Below, piece after piece: positions 20,072 to 28,311 of a DNA stretch of 64,000 nt. Under the pieces are notes generated by a model that saw only the letters and a program-made list of their open reading frames with translations, had not been told where the DNA came from and ran no database searches. Position numbers and translations under genes: made by a program. Numbering within the stretch: position 1 is the first letter of the stretch; each line of letters opens with the position of its first letter. Origin of the DNA: an uncultured Anaerolineales bacterium. Lineage in GTDB: Bacteria; Chloroflexota; Anaerolineae; Anaerolineales; UBA6663. The stretch lies in contig CAYZRP010000024.1 of assembly GCA_964480865.1 (NCBI GenBank), positions 698 through 64,697 of the forward strand. Direction: 5' to 3'.

Positions 20072-21081
20072 GGGGGAACGTCCTCGTTGAGGAATTGACT
20101 AAGACCTACATCACGCGCCAGCGCCGGGGCCTCTTCAAGTCCGAAACGAAAGAGGTCCCGGCGCTGAAAGGCGTCTCGCTCGAGATCAAGCCCGGCGAAC
20201 TGTTTGGCCTGCTCGGCCCGAACGGCGCCGGAAAGACGACGCTGATCAAATGTCTGACGACTCTGCTGTTGCCGACGACCGGCCGGGCCCTTGTCAACGG
20301 CTACGAGTTGACCAAAGAAGATAACGCGATCCGCGCTACCACCGGCTGCATGTTGATGGGCGAGCGCGGTCTGTATTGGAAGCTCACCGCGCGCGAGAAC
20401 CTCGTCTTCTTCGGCGCGCTCTATCACCTCAGCCAGGCCGATCGCCGCAAACGCGCTGACGATCTGATCGAGCAACTCGATCTGGGCGAGATCGCCGATC
20501 GCGCGCTCGAAAGCTACTCGTCAGGCCAGCGCATGAAGGTGGCCTTCGCCAAGGCGCTGATCAATGACGCGCCGCTGCTGATCCTCGACGAACCCACCAA
20601 CACGCTCGACGTGCCCTCGGCCCGCGAGTTGCGCGCCGTCGTGCGCCAGCTCAACGACCAGGGCAAGACCGTGATCTACACCACGCACATCATGTCTGAG
20701 GCTGAGACGCTCTGCGACAGGGTCGCGATCGTGGACCACGGACAGGTGCTGGCGATGGGCACGGTGCCTGAGCTCAAGGCCTCGCTCGAACGCGAGGCCG
20801 TGTTGCGCATCGAGGGCGTGATCTCGTCGCGCGCCAGCCAGGCGGTGGCCGCGCTTGGCGGCGTCACGCGCACGGCCGTGCAGGCCGTCAACGGCCATAC
20901 CGAACTGACGGTGATGTCGGCCAACGCCACGTCGCTACTGCCGCGCCTGATCGAGACGCTGACCGAGCATCGGGCCGTGATCCAGAAGATCGCGCCTGAA
21001 GAGATCACGCTCGAAGACGTGTTCATCGCGCGCACAGGCCGCACGCTGGCCGAAGACACACGCGCAGTTCGAAAAGACTGA
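20068..21081 (+). CDS. ABC transporter ATP-binding protein (ABC-2/DrrA type)
   Basis: Walker A GLLGPNGAGKTT, signature YSSGQRMKV, Walker B LLILDEPT. Confidence 0.93.
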   Translation: MRGNVLVEELTKTYITRQRRGLFKSETKEVPALKGVSLEIKPGELFGLLGPNGAGKTTLIKCLTTLLLPTTGRALVNGYELTKEDNAIRATTGCMLMGERGLYWKLTARENLVFFGALYHLSQADRRKRADDLIEQLDLGEIADRALESYSSGQRMKVAFAKALINDAPLLILDEPTNTLDVPSARELRAVVRQLNDQGKTVIYTTHIMSEAETLCDRVAIVDHGQVLAMGTVPELKASLEREAVLRIEGVISSRASQAVAALGGVTRTAVQAVNGHTELTVMSANATSLLPRLIETLTEHRAVIQKIAPEEITLEDVFIARTGRTLAEDTRAVRKD

Positions 21082-21092
21082 ACGGGAAACCC

Positions 21093-21896
21093 ATGAGTTA
21101 TCCATCCTGGCTTGAGGCCCTCCTGCGGTGTCCGCAGACCTTGGAACCGCTGACGCGCTCGGACGACGGCTATCGACGCCCAGACGGCAAGACCTACCGC
21201 GTGATCGACGGGATCCTGTCCATCGTGCACCCGGCCGAGCTCTCCGGCCAGGACGCGGAGTTCAACCAGTTCTACGATCGCCTGGCACCGCTCTACGACC
21301 TCAACGAGCGCGTGTTCGGTCGGTTGATCGCCGGCATTGACATGGCGACCGGCCGGCGCGAGATCGTGTCCCGCCTGCCCCTACAGCGCGGTTGTCGGTT
21401 GCTCGAAGTGTCGCCGGGCCCCGGGGTCTTCCAGCCGCATCTCCGAGACGCGATCGGACCAGAAGGGGAATTCGTCTCGCTGGACCTGTCACTCGGGATG
21501 TTGCGCCAGTGCCAGCATCGCAATGACCGCCTCGACGTGCAGCTGATCCATGCCAATGGCCAGCACCTGCCCTTTGAGGATGCGAGTTTCGACGCCGTAT
21601 TCCACTTTGGCGGCGTAAATCTGTTCAACGATCCTGATCGAGCTCTGGCGGAGTTCGCGCGGGTCACGCGGCCGGGCGGGCTGGTCAGCTGGGGCGATGA
21701 GGGCTTCGCGCCGAGTTATCCGAATGGTCTTCGGAAAAAGATGATGAGCAGGATCAATCCCGGCTTCACCAAGCCTCGACCCGCGTTGCCGGCTGAAGTG
21801 GAGCAAGCCCAGGTGCACGAGGTCTACGGCGGCTTAGGCTATCTCGTCGTGGCCCAGCGGATTGTGGCCCATGAAACCGTGGAGGCCCTTCCATGA
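21093..21896 (+). CDS. Trm112-like zinc-ribbon fused to class I SAM methyltransferase
   Basis: N-terminus LLRCPQTLEPL...YRVIDGILSIV (Trm112-like). LLEVSPGPG motif I. Its stop overlaps the next ATG (ATGA at 21893). Confidence 0.78.
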   Translation: MSYPSWLEALLRCPQTLEPLTRSDDGYRRPDGKTYRVIDGILSIVHPAELSGQDAEFNQFYDRLAPLYDLNERVFGRLIAGIDMATGRREIVSRLPLQRGCRLLEVSPGPGVFQPHLRDAIGPEGEFVSLDLSLGMLRQCQHRNDRLDVQLIHANGQHLPFEDASFDAVFHFGGVNLFNDPDRALAEFARVTRPGGLVSWGDEGFAPSYPNGLRKKMMSRINPGFTKPRPALPAEVEQAQVHEVYGGLGYLVVAQRIVAHETVEALP

Positions 21897-22759
21897 CCGT
21901 GCAGGCTGTCGCGCGAGCCGGCCGACCGACGTTCCGGCAGACCCTGTCGGCGGCGCTGGCCGAAACTCAGCTGCGGTTGATCAACATCACGCGCTACCCG
22001 GGCCAGCTGGCGATGGAGGCCGTGATCCCGATCGTTTTCGCGGCCATGCCCATGTTTCTGGGGCGGGCCGCCGGCGGCGATCAGGCTGCCGCGAACTTCC
22101 AGGCCAACACCGGCACCTCGAACTACGTGGCCTACATGCTGATCGGCAGCGCGGTCTTCACGATTGTGTCGGGCGCGTTCTGGCATGTCGCCTACTGGAT
22201 CCGCTTCGAGCAGGAGACCGGGACGCTCGAGGCCGTGTATCTCACCCCGACGTCTACGATCACGTTAGTGAGCGGCGTGGCGCTCTATAGCCTGATCCGC
22301 GGGCTTGTGACGGCTTTGATCGCCTATGTGCTTGGCTGTCTCATCTTTCAGGTCAACCCGATCTCGGGCAACCTGGGGCTGGCTCTGCTCTTCGTCTTGT
22401 TTGGTTCTATTCCGCTCTATGGCATGTCCCTGGTCTTTGGGGCCGTCGTGCTCCGGGTGAAAGAGTCGAGCGCGATCGTGAACCTGATGCAGTGGGTGGT
22501 CAGTTTTCTGATGGGCATGTACTTCCCGGTGGCGACATTGCCGCCGCTGCTGCGCGCCGTCGCCTTGCTCTTCCCACCGACCTGGATGACCAACGGCGTC
22601 CGCTCGGCCCTGCTCGGCATGGGCTACTTCTTCGGCACCTGGTACTTCGACCTGGCCGTGTTGTGGGCCTTCATGCTCTTTGCACCACTCTTTGGCTTCT
22701 GGGTCTTCAATCGCACCGAGCGCAGCGTGCAGCGTAACGAGGGAGTGGGGCAGTTTTGA
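21893..22759 (+). CDS. ABC-2 type transporter permease
   Basis: Six predicted TM segments, ABC-2 topology, translationally coupled to the upstream gene. Confidence 0.8.
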   Translation: MTVQAVARAGRPTFRQTLSAALAETQLRLINITRYPGQLAMEAVIPIVFAAMPMFLGRAAGGDQAAANFQANTGTSNYVAYMLIGSAVFTIVSGAFWHVAYWIRFEQETGTLEAVYLTPTSTITLVSGVALYSLIRGLVTALIAYVLGCLIFQVNPISGNLGLALLFVLFGSIPLYGMSLVFGAVVLRVKESSAIVNLMQWVVSFLMGMYFPVATLPPLLRAVALLFPPTWMTNGVRSALLGMGYFFGTWYFDLAVLWAFMLFAPLFGFWVFNRTERSVQRNEGVGQF

Positions 22760-22763
22760 ATTC

Positions 22764-22841
22764 GTGGAGCGTAGAGCGAAGAGCGAGGAGCGAAAGGCGA
22801 GTGTCTATTCAACCTTCGTCATTCGTCCTTCGTCATTCGTC
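22764..22841. repeat. Composite heptamer-repeat element (GNNGAGC units, spacer, TTCGTCN units)
   Basis: gtggagc gtagagc gaagagc gaggagc gaaaggc gagtgtctattcaacc ttcgtca ttcgtcc ttcgtca ttcgtc. The two arms are not complementary to each other. Confidence 0.85.
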
Positions 22842-22853
22842 TGAAACAGAGTG

Positions 22854-23699
22854 ATGTCGATGCAAAACCGTCTCACGGGCCCATCGGCCTTCTTCAGCGT
22901 TTTGAGCGCGATGGCGTGGAAAGAACTGACCATCATGCTGAGGTACCCGGTCGAGTTTGCGGCCTCATTCGGTCAGGTGTTTCTGATCGTGGCGTCGGTC
23001 ACGCTGGCCGGCCTGATGTTCACGCCGCGCAACGGCACGAACAACGACTCGTCGACGGCAGGCGTGGTCGTCTACGGCTTCTTCATCTTCATGTTCCTGT
23101 CGGATACGCTCTGGACCATCGGCTACAATGTGCGCCGCGACCAGAAGCAGGGCACGCTCGAACAGCTGTATCTGAGCCCCGCCTCGAAGTTCGCCAATCT
23201 GCTCTCACGCATCGCCGTCTCGCTGGTGTGGACCGGGTTGTTGTGCATCATGTCGGCCGGGTTGATGAGACTGTTGATCGGGGAGTTGCCGGTCTATAAC
23301 GTGCCGCTCGGGTTGCTGGTGCTGGTGTTGACGCTCTCGGGGACGTTTGGCTTTGGTTTTGCGTTCGCGGCGTTGACGCTGCGGATCAAAGAGTCGGCCC
23401 AGACGCTGATCAATGTGATCCAGTTCACGTTCATGGTGGTCTGCGCGCCGTTCTTCACGTTCAAGGTGCTGCCCGATTGGCTCGTCGCGATCACGCGCTT
23501 CATCCCGCTGTCACACGGCGTCGATGCGTTTCGCTCGTTGATGATGGGCCTGCCGCCGGGTTATCCCGAACTGGCGCCCATCGAAGTCGAGATCGCTGTC
23601 GTGGCGGTGTTCGGCCTGCTGATGCCGGCGATCGGGTACTGGTTGTATCGTCGCGAAGAGAATATCGCCCGGCGCGCCGGGTCGCTATCGGAGTATTGA
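22854..23699 (+). CDS. ABC-2 type transporter permease (second subunit)
   Basis: Paralogous topology to 21893..22759. The ATG at 22854 (GTG at 22851 is also possible). Confidence 0.75.
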   Translation: MSMQNRLTGPSAFFSVLSAMAWKELTIMLRYPVEFAASFGQVFLIVASVTLAGLMFTPRNGTNNDSSTAGVVVYGFFIFMFLSDTLWTIGYNVRRDQKQGTLEQLYLSPASKFANLLSRIAVSLVWTGLLCIMSAGLMRLLIGELPVYNVPLGLLVLVLTLSGTFGFGFAFAALTLRIKESAQTLINVIQFTFMVVCAPFFTFKVLPDWLVAITRFIPLSHGVDAFRSLMMGLPPGYPELAPIEVEIAVVAVFGLLMPAIGYWLYRREENIARRAGSLSEY

Positions 23700-23703
23700 G
23701 CCC

Positions 23704-24072
23704 ATGACGACTGCGGAGGAACGACTGACCGTCCTCAAGATGCTCGAGGCCGGGACGATCTCATCAGACGAGGCCCGGCAGTTGCTGGCCGCGCTCGCCG
23801 GCAACCGTGGCGCCCGAACAGCGTCCGACCGCGAGACACGCTCGTTGCGCGTGCGCTTCCGCGACGCCGCCACAGGCCGCGAGAAATACCTGGCGACAGT
23901 GCCGCTGCCGATTGTGGACACCGCGCTGCAATGGGGCGGCGGGATCGCGGCGCGGATCCCGAACGAGCAACTCCAGGGTGTCCTGGCCGCCGTGCGTGTG
24001 GGTCAGCCCAGCAAGATCGTCGATTTCTTCGATGCAGAGACGGGCGATCGCATCGAGATCTTCATCGAGTAG
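23704..24072 (+). CDS. SHOCT-like helix N-terminal domain protein (122 aa)
   Basis: TAEERLTVLKMLEAGTISSDEARQLLAALAG at the N-terminus. C-terminal domain of unknown family. Confidence 0.55.
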   Translation: MTTAEERLTVLKMLEAGTISSDEARQLLAALAGNRGARTASDRETRSLRVRFRDAATGREKYLATVPLPIVDTALQWGGGIAARIPNEQLQGVLAAVRVGQPSKIVDFFDAETGDRIEIFIE

Positions 24073-24097
24073 CTCGACTTAGAGTAGCTCGACTTAA
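24068..24097. repeat. Perfect 15-bp tandem duplication gagtagctcgactta x2, including the stop codon of 23704..24072
   Basis: Read directly. Confidence 0.9.
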
Positions 24098-24101
24098 ATG
24101 A

Positions 24102-24134
24102 AAGAGGCCGGCGAACACTCGCCGGCCTCTTTCG
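24102..24134. terminator. Bidirectional hairpin terminator between convergent genes
   Basis: aaagaggccggcg-aacact-cgccggcctcttt, with A/T runs on both sides. Confidence 0.75.
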
Positions 24135-24152
24135 TTTACCGAAGAGATACCG

Positions 24153-24869
24153 TTACTTGATCGTCACCGACAGGGTGAAGGTGGCTGTGTCCACGCCCGG
24201 GACCACGTTGATGATGTAGTCCTGATCGGCGGGCAATGTGCCTGACCAGCTGCTCACGCCCGCGCCGCCCGCGCGGACCAGCGGCTGGCCGTCGCTCAGG
24301 CCGTAGACCGTCAGGGCCATCGCGTCCTTCGACGTGATCGTCACCGACATGGTCTGGTTCTTGGCCGCGCGCAGGATGTACGTGTTCGTGCGCCGGGTCG
24401 CGATCGAGCCGTCGACGCTGCCGCTCGTGGCGCCGCGCGCGAACGAGATGCGCCGCGGGATGGTGACGTTCATCGAGAACGTCGCGGCGTTGTTGTTGGC
24501 CGATACCTTGATGACGTAGTCCTGATTGGCGGGCAGGGTGCCGATCCAATTTGCGCCGTCTGCGCTGCGCGAGAACACGACAGGCTCACCCTTGCCCGAG
24601 CCGACGACCTGCACGCCCACGCCGTTGGTCGACGACGAGACGTTGATCATCAGCGTCTGGCCCTTGAGCGCGCGGAGGACGTACTGCCTGGTCTCGTTCG
24701 CCGCGATCGTGCTCGAGACCACGGCGTTGGTGGCGCCCCGCGCGAACGAGATCCGGGTCGGCGTGGTATCGGCGGCCATGGCGGCCGGGGCGCCGTTGAA
24801 TGCGAGTGGAAGTGCAACGGCGGCGGCCAGCGCCCAATGTGCGGCGCGTGTCAGAAGTGTCCGAAACAT
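24153..24869 (-). CDS. Secreted protein with two tandem about 100-aa repeat domains
   Basis: Start MFRTLL at 24869 after aaaggag. Signal peptide ...APAAMA. Two copies of RISFARGAT..V.(G/S)(S/T)IA...T..Y(I/V)LRA.K.QT(M/L)...(I/V).S. Confidence 0.6.
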   Translation of the reverse strand: MFRTLLTRAAHWALAAAVALPLAFNGAPAAMAADTTPTRISFARGATNAVVSSTIAANETRQYVLRALKGQTLMINVSSSTNGVGVQVVGSGKGEPVVFSRSADGANWIGTLPANQDYVIKVSANNNAATFSMNVTIPRRISFARGATSGSVDGSIATRRTNTYILRAAKNQTMSVTITSKDAMALTVYGLSDGQPLVRAGGAGVSSWSGTLPADQDYIINVVPGVDTATFTLSVTIK

Positions 24870-25114
24870 ACTTTCTCCTTTTGACGGCTCTCTGAAGCCG
24901 TCTGTGTGTAACAACGCTCAGACGGCCCGACCACCGCGTAGGTTCCGTTGCTGAGGTATTTCGGTAGGGCCCGCTCCATAGCAGCCGATTCCTCTGACAG
25001 TGCAGAAGAGGGTGAGGCGTGAGATCGATCCGCGAAATAGGCGCAATCTGCGGCAAGATCACACTGTCTGCTCTCACCCTTCGTGGTATCCTCGCCTGAG
25101 CGTTGGTGCCTGGT

Positions 25115-25951
25115 ATGAAAAATCCACTCTCTCGCTATCTCAAAATCCACGTCGCGTTGCCGCAGCAGCATGGCGCCTGGGTGATGTGGGCTGGCCCGTT
25201 GGTGTTCGGCATCGCCGTGGCCAGGGCCTTCACACCCGCGCTGGCCTGGCTTGTGCTCGCGTCGCTCGGCGCCTTCCTGGCGCTGCAGCCCCTCACGATT
25301 CTGGTGAAGGTCTGGGCCGGTCGACGCCCACGCGAAGAAGGCGCCCCGGCCATGCTCTGGCTGAGCCTGTACGGCGCTCTCACGCTGGCGGGCGTGCTGG
25401 GATTGTTCCAGCAGGGCCATGTCTGGACGCTGGCGTTGGGCGTCCTGGCGGCGCCGGTTCTGGTCTGGCAGATGTGGCTCGTTCGCCGGCGTGAGGAGCG
25501 CGGCCAGATGGGTGTCGAACTGGTCGGCGCTGGCGTGCTGGCGCTGAATGCCCTGGCCGGCTATGGCGTGGCCTCAGGCATCGGGTTTGACCTGCGTGGG
25601 TTCGTGTTGTTCGCGTTGAGCTGGTTGCAATCAGCGACAGGGATCGTCTACATCTACCTGTGCCTCGAGTACCGGCGCATGAGGGCCGCGCCGCCGCGCG
25701 ACGAACGGATGCAACTGGCCGGGCGAGCGCTGCTCTACGCCGGAGCCGACGTCGTCATCGTGCTGCTCCTGGGTGCATTGGGCGTCGCGCCGCTCGGCGC
25801 CGTCATCGCCTATGTGTTCCTCGCCGGCGAAGTCGTCTACGGTGGCGTGTGGAAGCCGCCCGTCGGCGCGCGGCCGGCCGCCATCGGCATCCGCCAGACC
25901 GTCGTCACCGTGATCTTCTTTGTCCTGCTGCTGATCGCGTATCTGTTCTGA
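25115..25951 (+). CDS. YwiC-like membrane protein
   Basis: LPQQHGAWVMWAGPLVFGIAVA start and about 8 TM helices. Assigned from memory of the YwiC-like family. Confidence 0.55.
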   Translation: MKNPLSRYLKIHVALPQQHGAWVMWAGPLVFGIAVARAFTPALAWLVLASLGAFLALQPLTILVKVWAGRRPREEGAPAMLWLSLYGALTLAGVLGLFQQGHVWTLALGVLAAPVLVWQMWLVRRREERGQMGVELVGAGVLALNALAGYGVASGIGFDLRGFVLFALSWLQSATGIVYIYLCLEYRRMRAAPPRDERMQLAGRALLYAGADVVIVLLLGALGVAPLGAVIAYVFLAGEVVYGGVWKPPVGARPAAIGIRQTVVTVIFFVLLLIAYLF

Positions 25952-26058
25952 CTCTTCCATTCGCCTGACAACCTTCGGACAAACACAGACGTCTTGCCGC
26001 AAGGGCTTGCCATCCGCCAGACCCGGATCGAAGATGGATGTGCTTGCGGGGGAAGTCC

Positions 26059-28302
26059 ATGCTCATCAAGAACCTGTGGCGTCGACGGACACGGACCCTG
26101 TTGACCGCCCTGGGCGTCGCGATCGGCGTAGCTGCCATCGTGACGCTTTCGGCGTTCAGCCAGGGCCTGGCCGACGGTTTTCAGGGGGTGATGACCGTCA
26201 GCGAGGCCGACCTCACGGTCGGTCAGAAGGACGCGCTGATGCTGCTGTACAGCTCGGTCGATGCCGATATCGGCGCTGAGCTCGAGCAGATCCGCGGCGT
26301 GAAGGCCGTGGCCGGCACCGTCGTCGGCTTCGTGCAGATGACCGACTCGCCGTACTTCGTCTTGATGGGCGAGGATCCGCGCGGCTTCGGTATGACGCGC
26401 TATCGCCTCCTCGAGGGCGGGCCGATCGCGGGCCGCTATCAGATGTGGCTCGGCCACATCGCGGCGCGCAACTTCGGCAAAGCCGTCGGAGACACCTTCC
26501 ACCTGGCGGGCTCACGCTACAGGATCGTCGGCATCTATGAAACCGGCGTCAGCCTCGAGGACGGTGGCGGTGTGATCAGCCTGCGCGACGCACAGAGCGC
26601 ATTCGACAAGCGCGACAAGGTCACCTACTTCTCGCTCCAGGTCGACGACGTCGCCGACATCTCGGACGTGCGGGCCGCCATCGAGGAACGCTGGAGCGAC
26701 CTGGCCGTGGCTCGCTCCGGCGAGGCGACGCGCTCCGACGAGTTCCTCGACCTGTATCGCTCGATGGGCCTCTTCATCGGCCTGTTTACGGCCGTCGTCG
26801 GCGGGCTCGGGATGATGAACACCACCCTCATGAGCGTGCTCGAGCGGACGCGCGAGATCGGCGTATTGCGCGCGCTCGGTTGGAGTCGCTGGCGGGTCGT
26901 CCGCATGATCCTGGGCGAATCGATCCTGCTGGCCGGTCTGGGCGGCATTCTGGGTATCGGGCTCGGGCTTGGCCTGATGCGACTGCTGCAGGCAGTCCCG
27001 GCCGTCGAGCCAATGCTCGCCAGCCGGGCCACGCCCGAAATCCTGGGTCAGGCGTTCGTCCTGGCGTTGTTGTTGGGTATGATCGGCAGCCTGTATCCGG
27101 CCTGGCGCGCGGCCCAACTCACGCCCATCGAGGCGATGCGCTACGAGGGCGGTGTCGGGTCGACGATGAACCCATGGGCCAGTTGGTGGAGCCGGAGAGC
27201 CATAACGCGCGGCCCTTTGCGGGCCCTGCTGCGCCGGCCGGGGCGCACGGCCCTGACCGTGGCGGGCATCGGCCTGGGCGTGGGCTTCATCGTCTCGATG
27301 ATGAGCCTGGTCGACGGCATGCTGTCGAGCTTCGGCGCCCTCACGAGCGCCGGGCAGGCGGACCTGATCGCCGAGCAGGCCGGGGCGTCTGACCTCTCGC
27401 TCTCGGAAATCGACGAACGCGTCGCCGTGCGACTGCGGAGCCGACCCGAGGTCAAGAGCGTGTCGCGGGTCCTGCTGACCTTCCCGGCCGTCGGCGACAT
27501 GCCCTTCTTCTTCATCTTCGGCCTGGATCCGCAGGAGCCCTACGTGCAGCGTTTCCGCTTTCAGGAAGGTCGACGGCCGCTGCGCTCGGGCGAGATCGCG
27601 CTCGGCCGCTTCGGCGCCGAGAACCTCGAGAAGGGCCTGGGCGATACCCTGCGTCTGAGCGGCACAACGTACGCCATCGTCGGGATCTACGAGAACGGCT
27701 CGACCTTCGAAGACGCGGGCGGGCTGTTGCTGTTGAAGGATGCCCAACGCCTCGGCAACAAGCCGCGCAAGGTCACCCTGCTGGCGATCCAGCTGGAAGA
27801 CCCGGCGCACGGCGACGAGGTGGTCCCGGCGCTCAGGGCCACCTTCCCCGAGATCGCCATCGAACGAGCCGAAGGCTTCCTCGAGCGCACGCAAGACATC
27901 CAGACGACGCGTCTGGTCTTCAACACCATCATCGGCGTGACGATGCTGGTGGGCGGCGTGGTGATGATGAACGCGATGTTGATGAGTGTCTTTGAGCGCA
28001 CCCAGGAGATCGGCGTCCTGCGTGCGCTCGGCTGGCGTCGCCGCCGTGTGATCGGCATGGTGCTGGCCGAGTCGATCGCGCTGGCCGTGGTCAGCTCGGC
28101 GGCCGGGATCCTGATCGGCATCGGGCTCAACGGCACGATCGCGTTCTTCCCGGAGTACAGCCTATTGCTGAAGCCGTTGTACTCGTCGACGATGTTCGCG
28201 CAGGTGCTGGGGCTGGCGGTCGTGTTGGGGAGCGTCGGCGGGCTCTATCCGGCCTGGCGCGCCGCGGGCCTGCAACCGATCGAGGCCCTGCGCTATGAGT
28301 GA
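26059..28302 (+). CDS. Fused double FtsX/MacB-type ABC permease
   Basis: Two halves, each starting LWRRRTRTLLTALGVAIGVAAIV / LLRRPGRTALTVAGIGLGVGFIV. Each has an extracytoplasmic domain followed by an FtsX 3-TM block (ERT.EIGVLRALGW.R). Confidence 0.85.
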   Translation: MLIKNLWRRRTRTLLTALGVAIGVAAIVTLSAFSQGLADGFQGVMTVSEADLTVGQKDALMLLYSSVDADIGAELEQIRGVKAVAGTVVGFVQMTDSPYFVLMGEDPRGFGMTRYRLLEGGPIAGRYQMWLGHIAARNFGKAVGDTFHLAGSRYRIVGIYETGVSLEDGGGVISLRDAQSAFDKRDKVTYFSLQVDDVADISDVRAAIEERWSDLAVARSGEATRSDEFLDLYRSMGLFIGLFTAVVGGLGMMNTTLMSVLERTREIGVLRALGWSRWRVVRMILGESILLAGLGGILGIGLGLGLMRLLQAVPAVEPMLASRATPEILGQAFVLALLLGMIGSLYPAWRAAQLTPIEAMRYEGGVGSTMNPWASWWSRRAITRGPLRALLRRPGRTALTVAGIGLGVGFIVSMMSLVDGMLSSFGALTSAGQADLIAEQAGASDLSLSEIDERVAVRLRSRPEVKSVSRVLLTFPAVGDMPFFFIFGLDPQEPYVQRFRFQEGRRPLRSGEIALGRFGAENLEKGLGDTLRLSGTTYAIVGIYENGSTFEDAGGLLLLKDAQRLGNKPRKVTLLAIQLEDPAHGDEVVPALRATFPEIAIERAEGFLERTQDIQTTRLVFNTIIGVTMLVGGVVMMNAMLMSVFERTQEIGVLRALGWRRRRVIGMVLAESIALAVVSSAAGILIGIGLNGTIAFFPEYSLLLKPLYSSTMFAQVLGLAVVLGSVGGLYPAWRAAGLQPIEALRYE

Positions 28303-28311
28303 GGTGAGGCG

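Noticed and set aside
22764-22841. Whether the heptamer repeat clusters could be CRISPR arrays.
   Set aside because: The units are 7 nt long and directly abutting, with no 25-40 nt spacers. The arrays are 40-100 nt, palindromic and dispersed, and there are no cas genes in the window.
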